NCBI GenBank assembly: GCA_031412915.1
Contig: JANODX010000096.1
Location: forward strand, 11,012 to 75,011
Source of the DNA: Vicinamibacteria bacterium
Lineage (GTDB): Bacteria > Acidobacteriota > Vicinamibacteria > Fen-336 > JAGNNV01
Reading direction: 5' to 3'
DNA: 64,000 nucleotides
The position numbers and the translations under genes were made by a program. Shown here one piece after another: positions 52,693-61,950 of the stretch; the stretch's first letter is position 1, and each line of letters begins with the position of its first letter. Under the pieces are notes generated by a model. That model searched no databases, was not told where the DNA came from, and saw only the letters and a list, made by a program, of their open reading frames with translations.

Positions 52693-55600
52693 CGGCCTGA
52701 TCGGTCCGCCTCATCCTCCTTTTTGGGAGCTACTTTGACCCTCGGTGCGGGCGGGCTGGGATGCAGGCGTTCGATGCTGCTCGGGCGAACGATCTGGGGC
52801 GGGGCCTCTCCCTTACCCTCCGCCAACGCGGCATCAACCGGCGCGGGCGTGTCCGGGGCAGGAGGAGCGCTGGACGCCGCGATCTCGTCAAGAACGGCGG
52901 TGTGGTCGATATCGCCATCCCCGCCCTGGCCCCCGGCGACGGGGTCCGTGATCGGCAGGTTTCGTCGGTTCGGTCCCTGGGTCGCCGCGGTGGCCCATCC
53001 CTTCACCAGCGTGCTCAGGGGCCCGGTGTTTCTCGGGTTGCGGCCTTCCGCCTCGGGCAGGGCGGGTTTGAACCGCGCGCGCCACCGTTCCAAAGGCGCG
53101 CCGCTGGCGAGGAGTTCCTCGTGGGCCGCTTCGTACCTGGCGACGGTGGCGCGAGCCTGGTCCCGGGCCGATTCGACCGCATCGAGTCTCTTCGCCAACG
53201 CATCTTTCTGGTTCTGGAGCGCGGCCAGGGCTCGTTCGGACTCCTTCTTTCGATTCAGCAGCTCGGTGCGCGCCCGGTCGGCCATGGCTTCGTTGGCTTC
53301 CAGGCGGGCAATTCGAGCTGACAGCTCGGCCTGCGCGGCCCTCCACCTTTCGGTTTGCTTCGCCTCGCGCTCAATGGCGGCCGCAATCCGGCTGTCGAGT
53401 TCCGCCGCCCGCTGTCTTTGCACCTCGGCCTGAGCCTTCCGAGTCTCCTCCCGCCGGGCCGATTCCGCCAGGGCCTGGTCGCGCCGTTCTTCCGCCTCGG
53501 CGAGCCGAGCGACGAGGGCCTGCCGTTCAGCTTCCATGACCGCGAGTCTGGCCGAAGACTCGGCCGAGGCGGCGAGTTGGATCGCGCTCGCTCCGTCGGC
53601 CGAGCTCGTTGTCCCCGGAAGCGCCGCGACGCGCTCGGCGGCGGCTCGAAACTGGTCACGATCCTGGACCGCCGCCGCCAGATCCTGCGCGACCTGCGCC
53701 TTCTCGGCGAGGAGATCGGCGCGCGCCTTCTCCGCCTCCGCGACGGCCGCCTCCAGACTGTTGATGCGGTCGGACAGACCGGCGCGCGAGACCACCCAGT
53801 CTCCGCTCAACTGATCCTTGAGCTCGGCTTCGTGCTTCTCGAACTGCGCCGCCCGCTGCCTTTGCTCCTCAAAGGCGGCGAGCACCACCTCTTCGTTCCG
53901 GGCGACGTCGGCGCGGGCGCGATCTCGATCGCGTTCCGCCTCGGCCAGTTTCCCGGTCAGAGCCTCGGCTTCGGCCCGAACCGCCAGAAGCGCCTGTTCG
54001 GATTCCGCCTTCCGGCCGAGCAGATCAAGACGCTCGCTTTCGGCCATCGCCGCGGCGGCTTCGAGCCGCGCGATGCGGTTCGACATCTCGGAGCGAGAGA
54101 CCGTCCACTCGCCGCTCAATTGCGCTTCGCGATCCTGGAGCGCGGTCTGGAGCTTCTGCTCCGCCTGGAGTTTCTCTTCTTCGAAGGCCGCGCGCAGAGC
54201 TTCTTCGCTCTTGGCGATTTTGGCGCGAGCGCGATCGCGATCGCTTTCCGCCTCGGAGAGTTTCCGGGCCAGAGCCTCGAGCTCGGCGCGCGTCGCCGCG
54301 AGCGTCCGTTCGGACTCCACCTTCTGGCCCAGGAGATCGGCGCGTACGTTCTCGGCGACCACGGCGGCTTTCTCGATCCGGGCGATCCGATCGGCGAGGT
54401 CATTCCGCTCGTTCTGAAGCTCCTCCACGCGACGCTTCAACCCGTCACGATCCGCTCGGTTGACCTCCTGGTGGACCTCCTCTTGTCTCGCCGCCTTGGC
54501 GAGCACCGCGGCGCGCGCGTTCTCGGCCTCCGTCAGCTTCCGCACCAGACCTTCGCTCTGGGCTTGCAGGGACGAAAGCGCCCGGTCGCCCTGGTCCTTG
54601 AGAGCCGCGACTTCTCGATGTGCACTCTCGGCGGCGAGGCGCGCCGCCTCCAGGTGCTTGATGCGCTCGGACATGTCCGCTTCCGAGATCTCCCTCTCGC
54701 GGCTTTGTTTTGCCTCCCGCTCGACGCTCGCCCTCAGGCCTGTGTCCAGCCGGGCGGCTCGTTCCAGGGCCTCGCCGAGCGAGACGCTCCTGGCCTCGAG
54801 CTCCGCGGTCAGGCGGGCCTCGCCGCTCTTCAGTTCGGCGATCTCCTTGCCCAATTGATCCGCGCGCTGACGCTCCTCGCCCAGATGGGAGCGCAGGGCC
54901 AGGTCCCGCCTGGCCGCCTCCGCCATGGCCTGGTCGCGATCGCGTTCGACCTCTCCGAGTTTCTCCAGCCGGGTTTCTCCCTCGGTCTCGAGGGCGGCGA
55001 TGGCCGCTCGCGCGGCGGCCTGTTCGGCCAGGAACGCAGCCTGCGCCTTCTCCGCCAGGACCGCGTCCGCCGCCAATCGGGCAATCCGCTCCGACAGATC
55101 AGCGCGCGCTGCGTCCCATTCTCGCGCCTGGCTGGCCTCGTGTTCGGTCGAAGCGGCGATCGCATCCTCAAGCTGTTCCACCTGAAGACGGTGGGCGGCG
55201 ACGCCGCGGCGCTCCGACTCCTCGCGATTGGCGGCATCGCGGACGGCGAGATCACGCTCCCTCTCGACCCGGGCCAGTTTCTTGCCCAGAGTTTCGCTCT
55301 CCTCTCGAACGGTTAGAAGCGTGCCTTCAAGCTCCGACTGCCGGGTTCGCAGATCGGCCACCTCGCGGGCGGCAGCCTCGCGCGCGCCCTCGGCCTCGGC
55401 CAGTTTGCTCGCCAGAGTCCCGCCCTCGCGCCGAACATCGAGAAGCGTCCCTTCGAGTTCGGTCTTCTGCACCTGCAGATCGGCCACCTCGCGGGCGGCG
55501 GCCTCGCGCTCGCCCTCGACCTGGGTCAGGGTCTTCCCCAGAGTCTCGCTCTCACCCCGAACCTCCAGAAGCGTCGCTTCGAGTTCCGCCTTCTGCGCCA

Positions 55601-57332
55601 GCAGATCGGTCCGAGCCTTGCCGCCGACAACCGCATCGGCTTCCAGGCGAACGATCCGAGCCGACAAATCAGCGCGGGCCGCTTCGGAGGTCGCGGCCAG
55701 GCTGGCCTCGCGCTCCGCCGACGCCGCGATCGCCTTTTCGAGCTCTTCCACCTGAAGGCGGTGTTCCGCAAGACGGAGGCGGTCCGACTCCTCGCGCTTA
55801 ACCGCTTCAACGGCTATGAGATCGCGCTCCTTCTCGAGTCGAGCCAGCTTCCCGGCCAGGGCCTCACCCTCTCCACGAACGGCGAGCAGAGTCGCTTCGA
55901 GTTCCGCCTTCTGCGACAGCAGATCGGCCCGAGCCTTGCCGAAGACCACCGCGTCGGCTTCCAGGCGAACGATCCGAGCTGACAAGTCAGCGCGGGCCGC
56001 TTCGGAGGTCGCGGCCAGACTCGCCTCGCGTTCGGCGGCCGCGGCGATGGTTTTTTCGAGTTCTTCGACCCGAAGGCGGTGTTCCGCAAGGCTCCGTCGC
56101 TCAGACTCCTCGCGATTGGCCGCATCGAGGACCGCCAGATCGCGCTCCCTCTCGGTGCGGGCCAGTGTCCTGACCAGAGTCTCGCCCTCATCCCGAACGG
56201 CCAGAAGGGCCCCTTCGATTTCTACCTTCTGCGCCTGGAGGTCGGCCTCACGCGCCTCGGCGGCGGCGATCGAGACCTCCAGGGCATCCGTTCGTTCCTG
56301 TTGAAGGGCGAGCAGAGCACGCACCCTCGAAGCCTCGATCGAGGCCTCGGCTTCGAGGGCGCTCGCGCGAGACTCGGATTGTTCGAGTGCCGCCTGCAGT
56401 TCGTCGATCCTTCTCCGGCTCTCGGATCGAGCCGCCGCAATCTCCTCCGCCTGAGAAGTCTGCCAGTCCTCGGCAATGATCTTCAGCTGATCCAGGCGGT
56501 GTTGAAGCGACGCCGGAGTCGAGGACGCCGGGCCCGCTACCTCGGCCTGACCCGCGCGCCAGAGGCTTTCGCTTTCAGGGGCGGAGGAAAGAGCGGCCTG
56601 GGCGGACAACCCGAAGCGACGGTTCCAGGCGAGACCGAAGGGCGACCGATCGATGGCGGCAAGCGACCCCTCGCCGCCCATCCGGGCGCCTCCGGTTTCG
56701 AATTGTGAAATGGCCCGTTCCACCACTCTTGCGAGCAGGGGCTCGTCGTGGTCGAGGCCGCGAGGGGCGGCGTCGAGGACGTAGTCGCGGTCCTCGGGGC
56801 CGGGAAGGCACAACGCTCGCACCCTTTCGGCCATGGCGCTGTCGTCCGTCAGCAGGGCGGTGAGCTGAACCCCCTCAAAAGCACCTTCCGCATTGAGGTC
56901 GACGATCGTGAACGTCGCCGGGGAGGGCCCGCGCCCGGCCAGCGCGCCCAGGCTTCCCAGGCACAGTTCGATCGTCGGCAGGCCCCTGGATCCACACTCG
57001 GAGAGCCACTCAGGCGAGGAGACCTGGCCAGCGCGATGAATGGCCACACCCCAGGCGTGGTCGGGGCCGACACCTTCGGTCACGAGAACCTCGTGAAGAA
57101 CGCTCGCGACCTCCTCGGGGGGAACGTGAACGGGCAGGGCGCCCGCGATCCGGCCGATGTTGGAAACGAATGAGGGAACGCCTTCCTGCAGGAGCAGTCG
57201 CAGGGGACGTCCGGTCGCGGCCACCAGCGCCGAGAACAAGGCCATGCTGGGCGATCCCATCCAGGCGCAATGACTCCGCCCTAGGAACGAGGCAAGTCTT
57301 TGAGCGGAGGGTGGAGGGATGAAATCCTGCAA
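52638..57332 (-). CDS. Giant (1564 aa) coiled-coil protein: about 270-aa N-terminal globular domain, about 1100 aa of heptad-rich repeats, Pro/Ala-rich basic C-terminal tail
   Basis: Uninterrupted ORF. The central region is made of repeated modules of about 130 aa (for example ...SEAARADLSARIVRLEADAVVFGKARADLLSQKAELEATLLAVRGEGEALAGKLARLEKERDL...) that are nearly identical at the DNA level. The N-terminal domain has no motif I can assign. Confidence 0.7.
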   Translation of the reverse strand: MQDFIPPPSAQRLASFLGRSHCAWMGSPSMALFSALVAATGRPLRLLLQEGVPSFVSNIGRIAGALPVHVPPEEVASVLHEVLVTEGVGPDHAWGVAIHRAGQVSSPEWLSECGSRGLPTIELCLGSLGALAGRGPSPATFTIVDLNAEGAFEGVQLTALLTDDSAMAERVRALCLPGPEDRDYVLDAAPRGLDHDEPLLARVVERAISQFETGGARMGGEGSLAAIDRSPFGLAWNRRFGLSAQAALSSAPESESLWRAGQAEVAGPASSTPASLQHRLDQLKIIAEDWQTSQAEEIAAARSESRRRIDELQAALEQSESRASALEAEASIEASRVRALLALQQERTDALEVSIAAAEAREADLQAQKVEIEGALLAVRDEGETLVRTLARTERERDLAVLDAANREESERRSLAEHRLRVEELEKTIAAAAEREASLAATSEAARADLSARIVRLEADAVVFGKARADLLSQKAELEATLLAVRGEGEALAGKLARLEKERDLIAVEAVKREESDRLRLAEHRLQVEELEKAIAASAEREASLAATSEAARADLSARIVRLEADAVVGGKARTDLLAQKAELEATLLEVRGESETLGKTLTQVEGEREAAAREVADLQVQKTELEGTLLDVRREGGTLASKLAEAEGAREAAAREVADLRTRQSELEGTLLTVREESETLGKKLARVERERDLAVRDAANREESERRGVAAHRLQVEQLEDAIAASTEHEASQAREWDAARADLSERIARLAADAVLAEKAQAAFLAEQAAARAAIAALETEGETRLEKLGEVERDRDQAMAEAARRDLALRSHLGEERQRADQLGKEIAELKSGEARLTAELEARSVSLGEALERAARLDTGLRASVEREAKQSREREISEADMSERIKHLEAARLAAESAHREVAALKDQGDRALSSLQAQSEGLVRKLTEAENARAAVLAKAARQEEVHQEVNRADRDGLKRRVEELQNERNDLADRIARIEKAAVVAENVRADLLGQKVESERTLAATRAELEALARKLSEAESDRDRARAKIAKSEEALRAAFEEEKLQAEQKLQTALQDREAQLSGEWTVSRSEMSNRIARLEAAAAMAESERLDLLGRKAESEQALLAVRAEAEALTGKLAEAERDRDRARADVARNEEVVLAAFEEQRQRAAQFEKHEAELKDQLSGDWVVSRAGLSDRINSLEAAVAEAEKARADLLAEKAQVAQDLAAAVQDRDQFRAAAERVAALPGTTSSADGASAIQLAASAESSARLAVMEAERQALVARLAEAEERRDQALAESARREETRKAQAEVQRQRAAELDSRIAAAIEREAKQTERWRAAQAELSARIARLEANEAMADRARTELLNRKKESERALAALQNQKDALAKRLDAVESARDQARATVARYEAAHEELLASGAPLERWRARFKPALPEAEGRNPRNTGPLSTLVKGWATAATQGPNRRNLPITDPVAGGQGGDGDIDHTAVLDEIAASSAPPAPDTPAPVDAALAEGKGEAPPQIVRPSSIERLHPSPPAPRVKVAPKKEDEADRSGRWLSGLANRIRRGPKDPS
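55110..56340. repeat. Intragenic tandem repeats (about 320-390 nt units, at least 3 copies) inside the coiled-coil gene
   Basis: Near-identical DNA segments recur, for example around 55640 and 55960: ...gcttccaggcgaacgatccgagc(c/t)gacaa(a/g)tcagcgcgggccgcttcggaggtcgcggccag... Protein repeats carry the motif LEADAVV.GKAR.DLL.QKAELEATLL.VRGE. Confidence 0.75.
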
Positions 57333-57522
57333 GGGAGATGGGGCTCGGGCTTTGGCGGAGCCGCCTGGACCAGGGGTTCAGACGGGCGCCGCTTGGTTTG
57401 TGGCCTGGGACGGGGGTGCGCTCAAGCGGGAGCATACTGCTGAGCCGCCTGGGTTCGGGCAAGCAGGTCTTTAGTTCTGAACGTGTTGTGATGGTCGAAC
57501 GCGGCTTTTATGATCCGCCCCT

Positions 57523-58773
57523 GTGGACTTCGCCCCCTCGCCGGGATCGCTCGCCTGCCTCGCGCGGGTTCGGGACTTCATGCAGGAGCACATCCTGCCG
57601 GTCGAAGAGGCGCATTTCAACGACCTGCGGGCCATGAACCACGGCGGCGACTGGACGCGATGGCGGACCTCGCCCCTGATCGAGGACCTCAAGGCGAAGG
57701 CTCGCGCAGCCGGGCTGTGGAATCTCTTCCTCCCGGACCCGACCCTCGGGGCCGGGCTCAGGACCCTGGACTACGCGCCGGTGGCCGAGGCGACGGGCCA
57801 CAGCCTGATCGCACCCGAGGTCTTCAACTGCAGCGCGCCGGACACCGGCAATATGGAAGTGCTGTGGCATTGCGGCACGCCGGAGCAGAAGGAAACATGG
57901 CTGACCCCGCTCCTCGCGGGCGAAATCCGCTCCGCCTTCTGCATGACCGAGCCGGATGCGGCCTCGAGCGACGCGACCAACATCGAAGCCACGATCGAGG
58001 AGGACGGCGGGGATCTGGTGCTGAACGGAAAGAAGTGGTGGGCCACCGGCGTCGGTCATCCCCGCTGCCGGATCGCGATCTTCATGGGCGTTTCGGACCG
58101 AAGCGCCGACCGCCATCACCGGCACAGCATGGTGCTGGCGCCGCTGAACGCGCCCGGCGTCACCATCAAGCGAATGCTCCCCGCATTCGGCGAGTATGAG
58201 GAGCCGTGCGGGCACGGCGAGGTGTGGTTCGAGAACGTCCGGGTTCCGAAGACAAACCTGCTGCTCGGATCGGGACGGGGATTCGAGATCGCCCAGATGC
58301 GCCTGGGCCCCGGCCGCATTCACCACTGCATGCGCGCGATCGGCGCCGCCGAGCGAGCCCTAGCGCTCATGATCACGCGCGGACTCACCCGGGCGGCGTT
58401 CGGGAAGCCGCTCCTGAGTCTGGGCGGCAACCGCGAGCGGATCGCCGATCTGCGGATCGCCATCGATCAGGCGCGCCTCCTGACTCTCTACGCCGCCTGG
58501 AAGATCGACCAGGCGGGAGTGTCGGGTGCGATGACCGAGATCTCGGCCATCAAGGTGGTGGCGCCCAACGTCCTGCAGCGCGTGGTCGATGAGGCCATCC
58601 AGATGCACGGGGGGGCCGGGGTGTCCCACGACTTCCCCCTGACCGCGCTCTTCTCCCTGGCTCGCTCGTTGCGCATCGCGGATGGGCCGGATGCCGTCCA
58701 CCGAGGCGTCATCGCCCGCCTGGAACTTGCCAGGTACAAAAACCTGGTCGACCCGCCAACCCGGAAGTCCTAG
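57523..58773 (+). CDS. Acyl-CoA dehydrogenase family protein
   Basis: ACAD N-terminal, middle and C-terminal domain pattern (CMTEPDAASSDATNIEATIEEDGGDLVLNGKKWWATG; QMHGGAGVSHDFPL). Confidence 0.85.
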   Translation: MDFAPSPGSLACLARVRDFMQEHILPVEEAHFNDLRAMNHGGDWTRWRTSPLIEDLKAKARAAGLWNLFLPDPTLGAGLRTLDYAPVAEATGHSLIAPEVFNCSAPDTGNMEVLWHCGTPEQKETWLTPLLAGEIRSAFCMTEPDAASSDATNIEATIEEDGGDLVLNGKKWWATGVGHPRCRIAIFMGVSDRSADRHHRHSMVLAPLNAPGVTIKRMLPAFGEYEEPCGHGEVWFENVRVPKTNLLLGSGRGFEIAQMRLGPGRIHHCMRAIGAAERALALMITRGLTRAAFGKPLLSLGGNRERIADLRIAIDQARLLTLYAAWKIDQAGVSGAMTEISAIKVVAPNVLQRVVDEAIQMHGGAGVSHDFPLTALFSLARSLRIADGPDAVHRGVIARLELARYKNLVDPPTRKS

Positions 58774-58803
58774 CCTCGGCGATAGCGGCGATATCATCGA
58801 GCG

Positions 58804-59763
58804 GTGCCGACACCACGAAAAAAACCCGTCCGTCGCAAGAAGGTCTCGCCCTCGTCCGTCGGTCTGACCCCGGCGGAAACCCGCACCGCAGAGGGGGCCG
58901 AGCTCGATCGCCTGGCCGGGGAGGTGGAGACCGACGGAGGCGCCGTGCTCGCGCGCTACCGTGAGCCGTTCGGGGGGACGCCGCTCCTCCTGGTGGCGCT
59001 GCCCATAGATCGCGTCGAGCCGACCCCATACCAGCGCGACCCCTCGGACCCGCATGTCAAGCGCCTGATGGGCGTCATCGAGAAGATCGGCCGCTTCCTC
59101 GACCCGATCGTCGCGGTGCACGAGGGCGGGGAGTACCTGACCCCGAACGGCAACCACCGGCTGCAGGCGCTGAAGAAGCTCGGCGTGAAGACGGTCACCG
59201 CCCTTCTGGTTCCAGACGCGACGGTGGCCTTCAAGATCCTGGCCCTCAACACGGAGAAGGCCCACAACCTGCGCGAGAAATCCCTCGAGACCATCCGGAT
59301 GGCGAGAGCCCTCGCGAAGATGAGCGGCTTCGACCGGCCGGAAACGGCTTTCGCCTTCGAGTTCGAGCAGCCGGCGTTTCTGACCTTAGGCAAGTGCTAC
59401 GAAGAGCGCCCGCGCCTGTCCGGGGGCGCCTACCAGTCGATTCTGCGGCGCGTGGATGCCTTCCTCGACGAGCCGATCTCGCAGGCCATCAAAGAGCGCG
59501 AGCGGCGAGGAAGGAAGATCCTGAAGCTGGACGATGCGGTGAGCCTCGCGGTCGAAAAGCTGAAAGCGAAGGGCCTCACCAGTCCGTATCTGAAGCCGTT
59601 CGTCGTGTCGCGGGTCAACTTCACGAGGTTCTCGAAAGCGACGTCCTTCGATTTCGACGAGACGCTCGACAAGATCATCGCGAGCGCCGCGAAGTTCAAC
59701 GTCGATCGCGTGAAGCAGGAAGACGTGGCCAAGTCCGGCGGGGGCCCCGCGGACGAGGAGTAA
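58804..59763 (+). CDS. ParB/Sulfiredoxin-fold N-terminal-domain protein with a basic N-terminal tail; no canonical ParB HTH recognised
   Basis: LLVALPIDRVEPTPYQRDPSDPHVKRLMGVIEKIG...YLTPNGNHRLQALKKLG matches the ParB_N/Srx fold (DNA-binding/nuclease-type domain) but lacks the GERRxRA box of chromosomal ParB. Lys/Arg-rich N-terminus (PTPRKKPVRRKK). Confidence 0.7.
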   Translation: MPTPRKKPVRRKKVSPSSVGLTPAETRTAEGAELDRLAGEVETDGGAVLARYREPFGGTPLLLVALPIDRVEPTPYQRDPSDPHVKRLMGVIEKIGRFLDPIVAVHEGGEYLTPNGNHRLQALKKLGVKTVTALLVPDATVAFKILALNTEKAHNLREKSLETIRMARALAKMSGFDRPETAFAFEFEQPAFLTLGKCYEERPRLSGGAYQSILRRVDAFLDEPISQAIKERERRGRKILKLDDAVSLAVEKLKAKGLTSPYLKPFVVSRVNFTRFSKATSFDFDETLDKIIASAAKFNVDRVKQEDVAKSGGGPADEE

Positions 59764-59780
59764 ATCCGAAACTTCCTGAG

Positions 59781-59811
59781 GTTGTAGTCGAGCCCACGCG
59801 GGACTACAATC
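59781..59811 (+). terminator. Hairpin GTTGTAGTC-(12 nt)-GACTACAA(t)C, 18 nt after the ParB-like gene stop
   Basis: 8-9-bp stem seen directly. No strong U-tract. Confidence 0.25.
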
Positions 59812-59956
59812 GCCCCCACGCCAAAGCCGCTCCCGCAGAGCGGCACGGGGGACCCAAGGGCGCATGGTGCGTCACAGGGGCGAATCCGGCCGCACGCCGG
59901 TAGGGGAGTTTCAACCCCGAGCCCGTCAGCTAACCTCGTCGGCCTTTGAGACGACC

Positions 59957-61801
59957 ATGCCCGAAGGGCTCGCATTGAGCGCGCTGAAGCGCGTCGTTGT
60001 CGGGAAGCCTATTCCTTCCCATCTCGCTCACCACGAGCGTCTGTCCAAGACCACCGGACTCGCCATCCTGTCTTCGGACGCGCTTTCGTCGGTGGCTTAC
60101 GCGACCGAGGAGATACTGCGCACGCTCCTGATCGCAGGCTCGGCCAGCCTTTGGCTGGTCACCCCGATCGGCGCGGTGATCACCGCACTTCTGCTGGTCA
60201 TCGCGTTTTCCTACCGGCAGACCATTCACGCCTACCCCGGGGGAGGGGGGGCCTACGTGGTGGCTCGCGAGAACATCGGAGTCAATGCCGGCCTGGTGGC
60301 GGCGGCCGCGCTCCTCACCGACTACATCCTCACCGTGGCCGTGAGCATCGCTGCCGGGGTGGCCGCGGTGACCTCGGCCCTGCCGAACCTGCATGTGAAT
60401 CGTGTGGAGATGTCGCTCCTCTTTCTCGGTCTCCTCGCCATCGGCAACCTGCGAGGCATCCGCGAATCGGGCAGGATCTTCGCCGCACCCACGTACTTCT
60501 TCATCCTCTCGATTCTGTCGCTGCTCGCGGTCGGTTTCTTCAAGTTGCTGACGGGACCGGCTTCGCCCCTCGAGGCCGGAGACTCTCCGGTGAATCCCAC
60601 GCAGGCCGGCGCCCTCACCACTTTCCTGGTGCTGCGCGCCTTCTCGAACGGCTGCACCGCCCTCACCGGGGTCGAGGCGATCTCGACCGGGGTGCCCGCC
60701 TTCGAGCCGCCCGAAGAGAAGAACGCCGCGCAGACCCTCCTGGTCATGGCCGTCCTCGCGGCGACCATGTTCATGGGCATCACCGTGCTGGCCCATGCCT
60801 TTGGGGTGATTCCCCAGACCGACGAGACCGTGATTTCGATGCTGGCCCGCGCGGTGTTCGGCGGACGTGGCCTGCCCTACTACCTCGTGCAGGCCGCGAC
60901 CATGCTGATCCTCGTCCTCGCCGCGAACACCGCCTATTCGGCCTTTCCCCGCCTCGCCTCCATCCTCGCGCGCGACCGCTTCCTGCCGCGACAGTTCATG
61001 AACCAGGGCGATCGTCTGGCCTTCTCCAACGGGATCGTCGTGCTGAGCCTCTTTGCCGGAGTCCTGCTCGTGGTCTTCGGCGGCGACGCTCACGCTCTCA
61101 TCCCCCTGTACATGATCGGCGTCTTCATTTCGTTCACGCTGTCGCAGGCGGGCATGGTCATGAAGTGGAAGCGCGAAGGGGGCGAAGGCTCTCCGGCCCA
61201 GGCGGCGCTCAACGCGTTCGGAGCCCTGCTCACCACGGTCGTTCTCGTGTTCGTGACCATGACCAAGTTCACGGAAGGCGCCTGGATGATCGTGGCGGTC
61301 ATCCCCGTGCTGGTCTGGCACTTCCATTCGATCCGCCGACACTACGCCATGGTGGCGCTTCAGCTGTCCCTCAAGCGCTGGCGACCGCAGCCGCCCCGCC
61401 GGAACATCGTCATCGTGCCCATCGGCGGGGTTCATCGCGCGGTGGTGGAGGCCCTCGATTACGCGCGCTCCATCGCCACCGACGTGCGCGCCATCTACGT
61501 CGATGTGGAGGCGAAGGCGACCGAAGCGGTCCGCCGCGACTGGATCGAGTGGGGCGACGGGGCGGAACTGGTCACCCTGGAGTCGCCCTACCGGTCCCTT
61601 CTGGAGCCGCTCCTCGAATACATCGAACAGGTCGAGACGGCCCGGCCGAACGACTTCATCACCGTGCTCCTGCCGGAATTCATCCCGAAGCGGCTGTGGC
61701 ACCATCTGCTGCACAACCAGCAAGCCCTGCTGATCAAGGGAGCGCTGCTGTTCCGGCCGAACGTAGTGGTGACGAGCGTCCCCTTCCACCTGCGTCGTTA
61801 G
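59957..61801 (+). CDS. APC-superfamily permease with a C-terminal cytoplasmic domain of about 150 aa
   Basis: Start chosen at MPEGLALSALKR. 12 TM helices including the APC consensus. C-terminal soluble extension (IVIVPIGGVHRAVVEALDYARSIATDVRAIYVD...). Confidence 0.8.
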   Translation: MPEGLALSALKRVVVGKPIPSHLAHHERLSKTTGLAILSSDALSSVAYATEEILRTLLIAGSASLWLVTPIGAVITALLLVIAFSYRQTIHAYPGGGGAYVVARENIGVNAGLVAAAALLTDYILTVAVSIAAGVAAVTSALPNLHVNRVEMSLLFLGLLAIGNLRGIRESGRIFAAPTYFFILSILSLLAVGFFKLLTGPASPLEAGDSPVNPTQAGALTTFLVLRAFSNGCTALTGVEAISTGVPAFEPPEEKNAAQTLLVMAVLAATMFMGITVLAHAFGVIPQTDETVISMLARAVFGGRGLPYYLVQAATMLILVLAANTAYSAFPRLASILARDRFLPRQFMNQGDRLAFSNGIVVLSLFAGVLLVVFGGDAHALIPLYMIGVFISFTLSQAGMVMKWKREGGEGSPAQAALNAFGALLTTVVLVFVTMTKFTEGAWMIVAVIPVLVWHFHSIRRHYAMVALQLSLKRWRPQPPRRNIVIVPIGGVHRAVVEALDYARSIATDVRAIYVDVEAKATEAVRRDWIEWGDGAELVTLESPYRSLLEPLLEYIEQVETARPNDFITVLLPEFIPKRLWHHLLHNQQALLIKGALLFRPNVVVTSVPFHLRR

Positions 61802-61950
61802 GGGCCAGAGGCCGCACCTCTTTCCAGGTCACGGTAAGGGCTCGCCCCCGCCCTCCGGCGCCAGGGCCGTGAGCGAGTGCATGAGACTCGCTCGGCCTTC
61901 CCGAGTCACTCAGGCAGAGTCGTACACTCCGACCGTCGCTGCGGGGTTTC

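Noticed and set aside
61802-61950. Riboswitch (for example M-box) or leader peptide upstream of the P-type ATPase
   Set aside because: The 149-nt leader was inspected and no recognisable M-box or other riboswitch consensus was seen. Left unannotated.
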